DNA from: an uncultured bacterium
Lineage (GTDB): Bacteria; Patescibacteriota; JACMRA01
Assembly: GCA_963704645.1 (NCBI GenBank)
Contig: OY969926.1
Coordinates: forward strand, 672,001-736,000
Length of the DNA stretch: 64,000 bases
Direction: 5' to 3'
The translations under genes were made by a program, and so were the position numbers. The notes under the pieces were generated by a model that made no database searches, was not told the origin of the DNA, and was given only the letters and a program-made list of their open reading frames with translations. Below, in pieces: positions 40,456 to 50,543 of this stretch (its first letter is position 1; every line of letters starts with the position of its first letter).

Positions 40456-42153
40456 CTAGTATTTAGTAAATCTTTCGTAATCTATACTTGTTGCTTGGGC
40501 TTCAATTTGTTTCAAAGTTTCAATTGTTACTGAAACTAAAATTAACAAAGTTGTTCCTCCTACAATTCCGCTTAAAGTTCCATCGCCAAAGTTAATGTTT
40601 TGGGTGAACAGAATAGGTACAACCGCAATTAAAGCTAAGAATAAACTACCAGCTACGTTAATTCTGTTAGAAACGTAATCTAAATAGTCCTTGGTTTCTT
40701 GCCCTGGTTTGTAACCTGGAATATAAGCACCACTTTTTTGTAAGTTTTCAGATACATCCTCAGTTTTAAATGCAACTGTAGAAGTGAAGAAGTAAGTGAA
40801 GAATATTACAAGTAAGAAGTAGAAGAAAGTGTAAGCTAAAATACCGTTTGATCTAACTGTGTATTCAGGTAGGAAACCTAAGTTAGTGCTTGGTAATTCA
40901 AAACTAATAGGGGTTCCTTCAAAGAAAGAGTTTTTAATCTGGCTTTGGGTAGTTATTGTAAAACCAAATAATTCTTGTCCTGTTGTTGGATCGTAATTTT
41001 TAGCTGTATTAATTGCATCGGTATTCTTACTAAAGTACATGCCTAAATAGTTTCTTTCTGGTAAGCCTGATGGTCTAATTGCATCTTGCTTGTTTTGAGT
41101 AGAAAGGTAGCTTTCAACTTGACTTGCACCGGTGGCGATGCTTCCTACATTGGCTGTAGTAAAGAACCTGGAAATTATTGAAGGAAATACTATAAATGCT
41201 ACTGCAAAAATAATTGGAACTACACCAGCAATATTTACCTTAATTGGTAAGTCAGCAGTTACTTTGCCCAAAGTTCTTGAGTTACCTTCGCTGTGACCTC
41301 TTCTAGAGTAAATTACAACTAATTTTCTTACCGCATCATTTACGAATACAACAAGAAGCAAGGTTGTTGTGAATAGTACAAGCACTTCTAAAAACCCTCT
41401 TGCAGGAGCCCAAGTTGGGTTTCCCCACAAAAAGGCTTGCCAAACTTCCCAGTTGGTTGCTTTAGAGAAGTTGAACTTTTCAAATAATAACTGAAAATTA
41501 GGTTGAATAGTTGCCCAGTATTTACTTAATTGGTCTGGCAAACGCACTACTATTCCTGAAAGAATTAATAGTGAAATACCATTTCCCATTTTGTATTCTG
41601 TAATAATTTCTCCAATCCACATCATAATAACGCTTCCTGCTGTCATTGATAATATAACTAAAGCCCAATATCCAAAAGATGCTAAAGTAATGTCTGGCTG
41701 CTTTAGAACATCTGGTAAGTTAATAGATTGACCAGTAGAGCTGCTACCAGAGGCTAGGAACTGTAAAATTGCCCAACTTTGGAAAGCTGCAAGTGGAATG
41801 GTTAGCCAACGTGTCCAGCGGTTAATTTTTTGCTTACCTTGTTCGCCTTCTTCCTTTTGAATTTCGTTAATTTTAGGAACAATTACACCCAAAAGTTGCA
41901 TTACAATACTAGCTGTAATGTAAGGACCTACACCTAACATTACAAAAGATAATCTTCCGTAAGATCCTCCAGATATTGTATTTAGTAAACCAAATACTGC
42001 ATCTGAATCAATGATATTGGCTATTTCTTGAATTCCTAAAATTGGAATTGGGATGTGGGCAAGTAGTCTTGCACCAATTAATAAAAGAATAATCTTAATT
42101 AATTTGGTTCTTAGTTCTGCATCGGTGAAAACCAATAGTAGTCGTCTAAACAT
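40456..42153 (-). CDS. secY: Preprotein translocase SecY with enlarged extracytoplasmic loops
   Basis: LGVGPYITASIVMQLL, GNGISLLI, LPIKVNIAGVVPIIFA, GAYIPGYKPG, GGTTLLILVSV. Confidence 0.95.
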   Translation of the reverse strand: MFRRLLLVFTDAELRTKLIKIILLLIGARLLAHIPIPILGIQEIANIIDSDAVFGLLNTISGGSYGRLSFVMLGVGPYITASIVMQLLGVIVPKINEIQKEEGEQGKQKINRWTRWLTIPLAAFQSWAILQFLASGSSSTGQSINLPDVLKQPDITLASFGYWALVILSMTAGSVIMMWIGEIITEYKMGNGISLLILSGIVVRLPDQLSKYWATIQPNFQLLFEKFNFSKATNWEVWQAFLWGNPTWAPARGFLEVLVLFTTTLLLVVFVNDAVRKLVVIYSRRGHSEGNSRTLGKVTADLPIKVNIAGVVPIIFAVAFIVFPSIISRFFTTANVGSIATGASQVESYLSTQNKQDAIRPSGLPERNYLGMYFSKNTDAINTAKNYDPTTGQELFGFTITTQSQIKNSFFEGTPISFELPSTNLGFLPEYTVRSNGILAYTFFYFLLVIFFTYFFTSTVAFKTEDVSENLQKSGAYIPGYKPGQETKDYLDYVSNRINVAGSLFLALIAVVPILFTQNINFGDGTLSGIVGGTTLLILVSVTIETLKQIEAQATSIDYERFTKY

Positions 42154-42611
42154 ATATATTTATTAAAGCCGAAGTGGCGATTAAATTAAGGTAAATGCTA
42201 GCTTTTAATTTCGTCAAGCAAATTTGTAATGTGCATATATTATTATTTGTGTTATCTAGTCTAGATTAACTTTATTAATACAACAAAATATACCTAATAA
42301 ATAGGCTAGTTATTTTTTGATTGAATATAAATAGTGTAACAAAACTTAGTATATTTGTATTAATTATCTTATATATTGACTTTTTATTATAAAATTTTTA
42401 TGTTTTTAAATTGTTTGAATTATAAAATATCTTTATTTTCAATGAAAATTTGCAGCTTTAAAAAACCTTGTTTAAGGTATTAAGTACAAATGTCTTGACA
42501 AAAACATAATTCATTTGTATACGAAGCCTAATTTAATTAAACCTACAAACTAGTTTAGCATTTTATACTAAATAAAGTAGGAGGTTTTAGTTAAAGAATT
42601 TATTATCTATT

Positions 42612-42734
42612 ATGTTAGCTTTTTTCCCACGTTACGCCAGTTTTGAAATTGGTTCACAAAGCATCGGCTTATTAGCTGGTTCTATAATTGTTCTTGCTGG
42701 AATCTACACATTCCGCAAAGTAACAGTTAAGTAA
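42612..42734 (+). CDS. Putative 40-aa single-TM small protein (not in the ORF track)
   Basis: MLAFFPRYASFEIGSQSIGLLAGSIIVLAGIYTFRKVTVK*; upstream TTGACA-N17-TATACG; downstream terminator AATCGCC-TTCG-GGCGATT. Confidence 0.6.
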   Translation: MLAFFPRYASFEIGSQSIGLLAGSIIVLAGIYTFRKVTVK

Positions 42735-43251
42735 TTACATTAACTTTCCAAGTTATTCAATCGCCTTCGGGCGATTTGTTTTTCGGCTTTAAAATAATTT
42801 TCAATTTATCATGCTTATGTCAATAGTTTAAGTTACTTTAAAAAAAGAGGCGCACAGCCAGAAAGTGTTTAGTCATTATCTCAAATGCAAACAAGCACAT
42901 TGTAGAATATTGAAATTAGGTTGTTGTAGAGTCATCTTTCAGTTGATGGAATAACTTAATTAAACTTATTAAAATGTACTACGACCAGCTACAGGTTAAT
43001 ATTAAAGATTTTTCAGAATTATTTTTATATAAGAAATTTATCCACTAACTGTGGTTACTTGTAGTTCAAGGATTTATTTTGCTGTTCTTGGCTGGTTTTC
43101 AATAAAATGTTGATGTATACAACATAATATCCTCCAAGAATTACAACTAAACCAATTACTACTAAAATAAAATTAATTACGTCCTGCTTCCTCATAAAAA
43201 ATGGTTAGATTTGCCTTCTTAAGTTAATTATTATACTCTTCAAATACACAT

Positions 43252-43845
43252 ATGTCAAAAAATGCTAAATATTTAATATTAGATACAGAAGCCACTGGAT
43301 TACACCCGCATTTAAGTTGCTTGCTTGAAGTAGGAATAATTATTACAGACCAAGAATTAAACATTTTAGATAAAAAAGTTTGGGAGATTCAGCCTGAAGA
43401 AAACGCTTTTATAGACCCAGAAGCTATGAAAGTTAATAATATAGATTTAAATAAAAGGCCAGATGCAATTTCGCAATTAGTTTTTTGCCAAGAATTCTAT
43501 ACGTTTTTAAATAAATATTTTATTGAACCGCCAATTGTAGTAGCTCAATTTTACCCTTTTGATTACGCTTATTTAGATACAACTTTTGTAAAAAATTCTT
43601 TCGGTTCAAGGTTAGCACGTGAAATGTTGGGGAATAATTTTATTGATACAAAGGCTTTGGCGTATTATTTCAACTTAAAAGCTGAACGGGCTGGTACAGA
43701 GCCACCATTTCCTATAACTTCACTTTCTAAAGATGGTGGTTTAGCTGATAAATTAGGCATTTCTAGGCTTAAAGCCCATACAGCTTTAGGAGATTGTGAG
43801 GCAACTTTGGAGGTTTTAAAAGCCTACTTAAAAGGCAATATTTAG
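43252..43845 (+). CDS. DEDDh 3'-5' exonuclease
   Basis: LDTEATGL, FDY, IDT, AHTALGD. Confidence 0.9.
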   Translation: MSKNAKYLILDTEATGLHPHLSCLLEVGIIITDQELNILDKKVWEIQPEENAFIDPEAMKVNNIDLNKRPDAISQLVFCQEFYTFLNKYFIEPPIVVAQFYPFDYAYLDTTFVKNSFGSRLAREMLGNNFIDTKALAYYFNLKAERAGTEPPFPITSLSKDGGLADKLGISRLKAHTALGDCEATLEVLKAYLKGNI

Positions 43846-43915
43846 CATACTTGCTTGACAAAAAGCTAACTTCCTTTTAGCTTCGGCCTAATTACTTAGA
43901 AAGGGGGTGATATGA

Positions 43916-44221
43916 ATGGCTAAAAGTACAACTCAAAAAATGAACCGCACAGAATTGGTAGATTCCATCTCCATGAATCTTGGCGTTTCCAAAGCTCAAG
44001 GTGAAAAATTCTTGAACACTTTTGTTAGCGTGGTTACTGACTCTTTGGCTAAAGGAATTGAAGTTAACATTACTGGCTTCGGCGTTTTCCGTAAGGTCAC
44101 CCGCAGTCCTAGAAAAGGTGTTAACCCTAAAACTAGAGAACCAATGCAAATTGCTGCTTCCACTAGTGTAGCTTACAAAGTAGGTAAAACCTTAAAAGAA
44201 GCTGTTAAATCAGGAAAGTAG
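43916..44221 (+). CDS. hup: DNA-binding protein HU
   Basis: MNRTELV, ITGFGVF, RKGVNPKT, KVGKTLKEAV; terminator CCACCC-TTCG-GGGTGG downstream. Confidence 0.95.
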   Translation: MAKSTTQKMNRTELVDSISMNLGVSKAQGEKFLNTFVSVVTDSLAKGIEVNITGFGVFRKVTRSPRKGVNPKTREPMQIAASTSVAYKVGKTLKEAVKSGK

Positions 44222-44353
44222 TTTTTTATAAACTCACACTTTGATAACTAGGCCACCCTTCGGGGTGGTTTGGTATTGGGCGAAATTAAGAGATGGTAAT
44301 CAATTATACTGTGGAGTTTCAATTCCCAGTCCGTTATAGATCAATTGGGAGTA

Positions 44354-44383
44354 ACTGTCACCCTGAACTTGTTTCAGGGTCTA
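44354..44383 (-). repeat. REP-like palindrome family A copy
   Basis: ACTGTCACCCTGAACTTGTTTCAGGGTCTA, identical to 36334-36363. Confidence 0.9.
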
Positions 44384-44512
44384 AGTGGGGCAATACTCAA
44401 AAACTTTTTATAAATTGCTCAAAAAGAGGCTATCTTTGTGCAATACAAAAGATATAGCAATTCGAAAGGTGGTCTTTTTTCTGAATGAAATATGAAAGAT
44501 GCTGTGAATTTA

Positions 44513-45649
44513 TTATTTTTGAATACTCTTTTTAAACAATTCATCATATTTCCCAGCCATACTTTCCAGCTGAAAATTATTTAAAACAGTTTTCCTAATT
44601 TCTTGTTTAACTCCAGAACTTTGCCAGTAATCAATATTTTTTATAAATTCCTGAATTTGTTTTAGCAAAGATTGAACATCGTCTAAAATATGAACAAGTT
44701 TTTTCTCTAGAATGTTTTCTTGTAAACTTTTTAATTCTAAAAACACGTCTAAATTGGAACACAAAACCGGCACTCCGCGTTCCCAGCTTTCGGCTACAAC
44801 TAAACCGAAACTTTCACGTCTGCTTGGAAAAACAAACAAATCTAAGTTGTTGTAAAAATTAAGGGTGGGGGAAACGAAGCCTTCCCACAAAATGTTAGTA
44901 TTTGAGTTGAACTGTAAATCTCTCTCCAAAGCCTTCAAGCTCTCTAAATACTCTCCTTCACCCGCCAAATGCACAATTAGTTTTTTGTTCACCTCCAATT
45001 TACTTAAAGCTTTTAGTAAAACGTCTGCACCTTTTTCTTCGTGCATTCTTCCTAAAAACCCAATGTGAATTTCCTCTCGGTTACTCCAATTCGCAATATC
45101 AAGATTAGAAACAGGAATTCCGTGATGAATTACACTGCTGTTTTTAGCTATTTCTCCATCTTTACTCCATTCGGCTTTTTGGGCTTCAGACATAAAAACC
45201 ACAGGATATTTCTTCCACATCCATTTTAAAATTGGCAGAAGTGGGCTTTTTTGAATAGATTTTGGAAAACGGTTGTTCTGAATAATAAAAACCATGGGTT
45301 TATTCCACAAAATTCTTACGAAAGGAAGAACGAAAAATAATTCTGTGAATGATGTTGGGGAAACAATAATGTCAGCCTCTTTAAACTCGTTTCTAAACTT
45401 AAAAACATGTAGTAGCCCTAAAATAAAGCTAAAAGGGCTTAGAAGTAGGTTTTTTACTGTTACAGGTTCGAATCCAGCTGAAGCTAGGGTGGCTTTCATT
45501 CCTAATTTTTCAAAAACTTTGTACAAAGCCAAACTTCCACCTAAAAAACTATGTTCATGCTGCGGAAGGTTGGTAACCAAATTTTCAATAAATTTTTCTC
45601 CACCTCCGTAATTGCTTTTTAAAGGGGAAGAAACGTACAGGATGTTCAT
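44513..45649 (-). CDS. Glycosyltransferase family 4
   Basis: GGGEK, GFLGRMHEEKG, PSRRESFGLVVAE. Confidence 0.92.
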   Translation of the reverse strand: MNILYVSSPLKSNYGGGEKFIENLVTNLPQHEHSFLGGSLALYKVFEKLGMKATLASAGFEPVTVKNLLLSPFSFILGLLHVFKFRNEFKEADIIVSPTSFTELFFVLPFVRILWNKPMVFIIQNNRFPKSIQKSPLLPILKWMWKKYPVVFMSEAQKAEWSKDGEIAKNSSVIHHGIPVSNLDIANWSNREEIHIGFLGRMHEEKGADVLLKALSKLEVNKKLIVHLAGEGEYLESLKALERDLQFNSNTNILWEGFVSPTLNFYNNLDLFVFPSRRESFGLVVAESWERGVPVLCSNLDVFLELKSLQENILEKKLVHILDDVQSLLKQIQEFIKNIDYWQSSGVKQEIRKTVLNNFQLESMAGKYDELFKKSIQK

Positions 45650-45773
45650 GGTTTAAGACTTTGAATATTTGGATTTTTAGTAAAGGGTGATTTGATTCTG
45701 GTATTCCAATAAATTTGGGCATGAAATAAAGCTGGGGTTTCCAGCTTGGTATATTTGAATTAGATAATAGTAT

Positions 45774-46112
45774 TTACACTACAAAACCATTAACCTCGGA
45801 GGTAGAGAGAATACAATCTCTAAAATCAGTTTCAGAAGTATAATCATTTGATAGAGTTCCAACAACTACACGAACCGCCTGGCCTTTTTTAGGCTTGTCA
45901 AAAGTAAGGTCTACCGCAAAAAAATAGACATTGCCATCTATTTGTTCTGGCTCGGCGAGATAATATCTTTCAAGCCAGACTCCTGCTCCATCAGGCTTAG
46001 AATCAAGATCAATTTCAAGTGTTGTTTCTTTTGTGACAGATGCTATCAGATTATTTGATCGAAATGAAATGGGCTGAGCTGAAACATTTATTGTTAAAAT
46101 ATTTCCGGGCAT
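45774..46112 (-). CDS. Orphan protein
   Basis: GGAG 12 nt upstream of ATG 46112; terminator AAGCTGG-AAACC-CCAGCTT at 45728-45748. Confidence 0.55.
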   Translation of the reverse strand: MPGNILTINVSAQPISFRSNNLIASVTKETTLEIDLDSKPDGAGVWLERYYLAEPEQIDGNVYFFAVDLTFDKPKKGQAVRVVVGTLSNDYTSETDFRDCILSTSEVNGFVV

Positions 46113-46162
46113 TTTTTTGTAATTCTCCAAATAAATTTGTTTGCTTTTATACATTTCTTTTA

Positions 46163-46187
46163 AAGCACAATAATAATTTAATTGCAA
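46163..46187 (-). promoter_or_regulatory. Orphan-gene motif TTGCAA-N12-TGTGCTT
   Basis: Motif match on the minus strand. Confidence 0.6.
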
Positions 46188-46216
46188 GATTTTATGCTTT
46201 TGTGGATTCCAATGTT

Positions 46217-46294
46217 GGCTCGTAAACTGCGCCGCTACTGGAACGGTGAGCGTTCCCCTACGTGTGGTGATGGCGCCGCGGTCGCCGCCGCTAC
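46217..46294 (-). repeat. Cluster of three tandem GTAG-type REP-like hairpins
   Basis: Reverse complements GTAGCGGCGGCGACCGCGGCGCC, GTAGGGGAACGCTCACCGTTCC and GTAGCGGCGCAGTTTACGAGCC; GC-rich island in AT-rich DNA. Confidence 0.65.
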
Positions 46295-46389
46295 GATTTT
46301 ATGTAAAAATTCTTTGTGAGGGTTGTTTTATTTAGAGGTTTGTGAATTTGTTTGACACGGCATGTTTAGCATGTTAACCTTTAACAATT

Positions 46390-48021
46390 ATGGTATTTTG
46401 GCGCAGATTTGAGAAAAACAAAATTGAAAGATCTATTCATGGTGAAAAATTTGATAAATACATGTATGTTATTAATAACACGGCAGTTCTAAAACTGATT
46501 TATGGAATTGGTATAATTACTTGGCTAATTGCGTTGTATGGCCATATTTTATTCTTGAATTTGAACATACTTTATCGGTTCATTTTTGGTCCTTTTATTT
46601 TTATTTTAAGCTGTTATTATCTAATAATATATTCAATAAACTTTTTTTATAAAACCCCAGACTTAAATTATCATAAAAAACTGGTTAATTTTTTTACTTC
46701 AAACAAATCTAATGCTCCAAGTGTTGATATATTTTTACCAGTTTGCGGCGAAAGCATGCAAATTATTAATAGAACTTGGCTTAGCGTAAGTAATATTAAT
46801 TATCCAAATTACCAGGTTTATGTGCTTGATGATAAGGGGGGGAATAGAGCTGGAGAACTTAGCTAAAGAATATGGTTTTAAATATTTATCCAGACCGAAT
46901 AAAGGGGAGATGAAAAAAGCAGGAAATTTGAAATATGGATTTGAAAGAAGTGAAGGGGAGTACATTGTGGTTTTTGACGCCGATTTTGCTCCGTTGCAGA
47001 ATTTTTAAATGAAACAGTTCCGTACATGACATTGGATAAAAATATTGGTATTTTGCAAACTCCGCAGTATTTTGAAATTCACAAAAACTTGCATAAAAAA
47101 AGTTGGTTGGAATATGGTGCAGCGGCTACTCAGGAAGATTTTTATAGAATTATTCAAGTGGCTAGAAATTCATTTGGGGCGGCAATTTGTGTAGGAACTA
47201 ACGCAGTTTATAGACGATCCAGTTTAGATAAATTTGGGGGTACCTATCAAATTGAACATTCAGAAGACGTGTGGACGGGAGTAATGATGCTGCAAAATAA
47301 ATTTAAGATAAAGTATATTCCATATATTCTTGCCCAAGGTTATTGCCCAGATGATTTTGTATCATTCTTCAAGCAACAATACAGATGGTGTAAAGGAAGT
47401 ATGAGCTTACTGTTTAGTACAACTTTTTGGAAACTTAAAATACCTTTTCAAACTAGACTTTCATACATTTCAGGTTTTCTTTATTATATTCATGCTGCTT
47501 TTCCTTCATTCTTATCAATAATTGGTTTTGTAGCCTTAGCATTTCATTTTGATAATATAACTATACTTTACTCTCTTCCCTTTCTTCCCTTTTTAATTTT
47601 TTCTTTATTTGTTCTCCCACTAATTAGATTGCATAAAACTAAAATTGGAATTTATGTAGCAAGCTTTGCCGCTCTTAGTGCCTATACACTTGCTTTATTC
47701 CACACTATTTTTAAAATTAATATGTCGTGGCAGCCCACAGGGCAAAGAAACCAGAGTAATTATTGGTTCAATTTTGTATATGTATTTAATGCAATTTTTA
47801 TTGGATCTTATTTATTTGCCATTGGTATATTTTTCGCTCAAGGTAAGATTGTTTTAAGTGATTATAAGTATTATGGAATATTAATTTGGATGGTGTATAA
47901 CATTATAATATTTAATTTGTATCTATTCGTAGCAGGGAAAGATGCCTATCTAAAAAATATTAAGATTGAATTGCCAGTGAGTATTTCCAAAGTGACAACT
48001 TCATTTCGGCAGCTGTTTTAG
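46390..48021 (+). CDS. Cellulose-synthase-like processive GT2 glycosyltransferase, two homopolymer frameshifts
   Basis: VDIFLP, VLDD, KAGNL, FDADF, QTPQ, SED and QQYRW motifs spread over three ORFs; indels at G7 (46836-46842) and T5 (47002-47006). Confidence 0.85.
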
Positions 48022-48278
48022 GCGTGGTGTTTAGTTGTTTGAGAGTGTAGATAGGGCGGGGTTTGTCGTGTTGCCTGTGGCGACGCAACATTGCTGCTGC
48101 GAATTTCCTTGAAAACAAAAAAACTCCCTGAAATGGGGTTAATTTTATTGATGGTGTTTGTTCCTTTCGGGTTTGGCTGATGCAAAAAACTTTGTATCTG
48201 AAAAAAAGATGTGATGGAGAATAGAATTAAATAATTTACCCAACAAAAAAGCTGTTTTCCCAGCTGATAATTAAAGTT

Positions 48279-48785
48279 CTACACATACTGAGCGGTAGAA
48301 AAGGAACCATGAGTGATTCCAATTATTTTTGGATTACAACTACCATTAAGATGATAACACTTCCTTTTAATATTGTAACGAAAACGTTTCCACTTCCGGC
48401 TATATTTGTAGAAAAGGATATGACAATTTTTAGGTGTAAAACACGTTCCCCACAAAGCAACAATTGTTGCAGTAACGGAAAACTGGTGCGAATACACTGG
48501 CCAACCATCATCGTGGGTCGGGTGTCCGAACAAAGCCCGTACAGAGCCTCCAATAGTTGGATTAGAAGCCAATTCTAAAGGTAGACTAATTCCAAAAAGC
48601 GAAAAATCAAACAAACTTGACGAACTGCAATCAAATCTAATGACCTTACTATTTTTTAAATAAAAACTAGGATCTCCATCGCCGTAATAAGGTGCATTAT
48701 TAATGTTCAGATCGATCAATAGAATTTGATTAGGGTGAATTGTACCATTAATGTCTGGTGCTTCAACTAAAATTGCTGCATACAT
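48279..48785 (-). CDS. Orphan protein in tRNA-linked islet
   Basis: GAGGG SD; terminator CAGCTGGGAAAACAGCTTTTTT at 48243-48266. Confidence 0.55.
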   Translation of the reverse strand: MYAAILVEAPDINGTIHPNQILLIDLNINNAPYYGDGDPSFYLKNSKVIRFDCSSSSLFDFSLFGISLPLELASNPTIGGSVRALFGHPTHDDGWPVYSHQFSVTATIVALWGTCFTPKNCHILFYKYSRKWKRFRYNIKRKCYHLNGSCNPKIIGITHGSFSTAQYV

Positions 48786-48840
48786 GGGTTTTCCCTCAGT
48801 TTTTATAAATTCAATAAGTAGCTTTTAAGCTCTTTAATAT

Positions 48841-48865
48841 AAGCACAGAAATATACTTTATGCAA
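48841..48865 (-). promoter_or_regulatory. Orphan-gene motif TTGCAT-N12-TGTGCTT
   Basis: Motif match on the minus strand. Confidence 0.6.
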
Positions 48866-48966
48866 GAGTTAGTTGTATTTTTCAAACCACAAATGGTGAT
48901 ACACGCTAGTCGCTACAAATTCCCTCCAAGAAACAAAAAAACTCCCTGAAATGGGGTTAATTTTAT

Positions 48967-49043
48967 TGGTGGTCTCGGCGCGACTTGAACGCACAACCTT
49001 TTCCTTAGGACGGAACTGCTCTATCCAATTGAGCTACGAAACC
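48967..49043 (-). tRNA. tRNA-Arg(CCT)
   Basis: Reverse complement GGTTTCGTAGCTCAATTGGATAGAGCA-GTTCC-GTCCTAA-GGAAA...GTTCAAGTC...GAGACCACCA. Confidence 0.93.
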
Positions 49044-49156
49044 ATAATTTAAGCAAGATAATAAATTTTGAAACGGTCAAATTAGCTGTGTCTTTCTTGC
49101 CTGAACATATTAGAAAATACACCTATATCTTTATATTTTTGTGAATGTACTTAACT

Positions 49157-49185
49157 TAGACCCTGAAACAAGTTCTGGGTGCAGT
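49157..49185 (+). repeat. REP-like palindrome family A copy (degenerate)
   Basis: TAGACCCTGAAACAAGTTCTGGGTGCAGT. Confidence 0.8.
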
Positions 49186-49265
49186 ACTTGGAATGCGCCT
49201 GCTTTGAATTTAGCTTGAAATTTAAAACATTTGACTGAATATAAATCTTAATTATAGCTATATGT

Positions 49266-50495
49266 ATGAACTATCCAGCAGATAAAATAAGAAACATTGC
49301 TATTATTGCACACGTTGACCATGGTAAAACTACTTTAATGGACGGTCTTATTCGTCAGACACTTGAAATTAGAAATGTAGAAAGCCTTGGAGATTTAATT
49401 ATGGATTCCATGGATCAGGAGCACGAACGTGGAATTACAATTAAAGCTAAAAACGCTAGTATTTATTATAAAGAATACAAATTAAACATTGTAGATACCC
49501 CTGGTCACGCCGATTTTGGTGGAGAAGTAGAAAGAGGACTTAGAATGGTAGACGGTGTTGTTTTGCTTGTAGATGCACAAGAAGGTCCAATGCCTCAAAC
49601 TAAGTTTGTACTTAAAAAAGCTATTCACCTTGGTTTAAAAGTTGTAGTAATTGTAAACAAAGTAGACAAGCCTGCAGCTGATCCTAAAAAAGCTTTGTCT
49701 AAAGTTGAAGATTTGTTCCTAGATTTGGGTGCCTCTGACGAACAAATGAATTTTCCAATTGTTTATGCTAGCGGTGTACAAGGTAAAGCTGGTAAATCTC
49801 CAGATAAATTAGAAGATAACCTATTTGGTTTATTAGATGTAATAATTGATAATGTCCCAGCTCCAACAGTGGCTCATCAAGATGTAACCGACGTTAATCC
49901 ACTTCAAATTATGGCTTTGGCTTTAAGCTATGATAACTTTAAGGGTAAAATTGCTGCTGGTAAAATTCTTTCTGGTAAAATTACTAAGAACATGCCAATT
50001 TCAGTTATTAAAGAAGATAGTACTGTAAAAGGAAGAGTTACAAGTCTACTTGTTTTTGATGGACTTAATATTAAAGAAATTGAAGAGGCTTCAGCTGGTG
50101 AAATTGTTATGGTTGCAGGTGTTGATACAATTCAAATTGGTGATACAATTACAACTGCAGAATTCAACCAGGCTCTTCCAAGAATTAAAGTTGACGAACC
50201 TACAATTAGAATGACTTTTGGCGTAAATACTTCACCTTTTGCTGGAAAAGAAGGAAAACTTGGAACTTCCAGACAAATTAGAGAAAGACTTTACAAAGAG
50301 TTAGAAACTAACGTAGCTTTACGTGTTTCCGACCATCCAGAATCTGCAGACAAATTTGTAGTTTCCGGTAGGGGTGAGCTTCATCTTGCTGTTTTAATTG
50401 AAACCATGAGAAGGGAAGGTTTTGAACTTGAAGTTTCCCGTCCTGAAGTTATTATGAAAACTAAGGAAGAGGTAGAAGCTATGGAAGCAGCGTAG
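49266..50495 (+). CDS. typA: TypA/BipA GTPase, N-terminal half (G domain, domains II and III)
   Basis: RNIAIIAHVDHGKTT, DTPGHADFGGEVER, NKVD, GRGELHLAVLIETMRREG; ends VSRPEVIMKTKEEVEAMEAA*. Confidence 0.95.
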   Translation: MNYPADKIRNIAIIAHVDHGKTTLMDGLIRQTLEIRNVESLGDLIMDSMDQEHERGITIKAKNASIYYKEYKLNIVDTPGHADFGGEVERGLRMVDGVVLLVDAQEGPMPQTKFVLKKAIHLGLKVVVIVNKVDKPAADPKKALSKVEDLFLDLGASDEQMNFPIVYASGVQGKAGKSPDKLEDNLFGLLDVIIDNVPAPTVAHQDVTDVNPLQIMALALSYDNFKGKIAAGKILSGKITKNMPISVIKEDSTVKGRVTSLLVFDGLNIKEIEEASAGEIVMVAGVDTIQIGDTITTAEFNQALPRIKVDEPTIRMTFGVNTSPFAGKEGKLGTSRQIRERLYKELETNVALRVSDHPESADKFVVSGRGELHLAVLIETMRREGFELEVSRPEVIMKTKEEVEAMEAA

Positions 50496-50511
50496 AAAAA
50501 CTTCATGTAAA

Positions 50512-50535
50512 AAGAAAAGCCCCAGAAATGGGGTT
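50512..50535 (-). terminator. Terminator between typA-N and the convergent orphan gene
   Basis: Reverse complement AACCCCA-TTTC-TGGGGCTTTTCTTTT; similar to the tRNA-Arg terminator. Confidence 0.7.
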
Positions 50536-50543
50536 ATATTTAA

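Larger units (their letters stand above)
48113..48973. repeat. Direct repeat of the tRNA-Arg 3' end plus terminator (about 48113-48155 and 48931-48973) flanking one orphan gene
   Basis: AAACAAAAAAACTCCCTGAAATGGGGTTAATTTTATTG(A/G)TGGT occurs twice; weaker similarity extends about 35 bp further left. Confidence 0.85.

Noticed and set aside
20199-49185. CRISPR array from the palindromic ~28-bp repeats
   Set aside because: Copies are kilobases apart and in both orientations, with no spacers or cas genes
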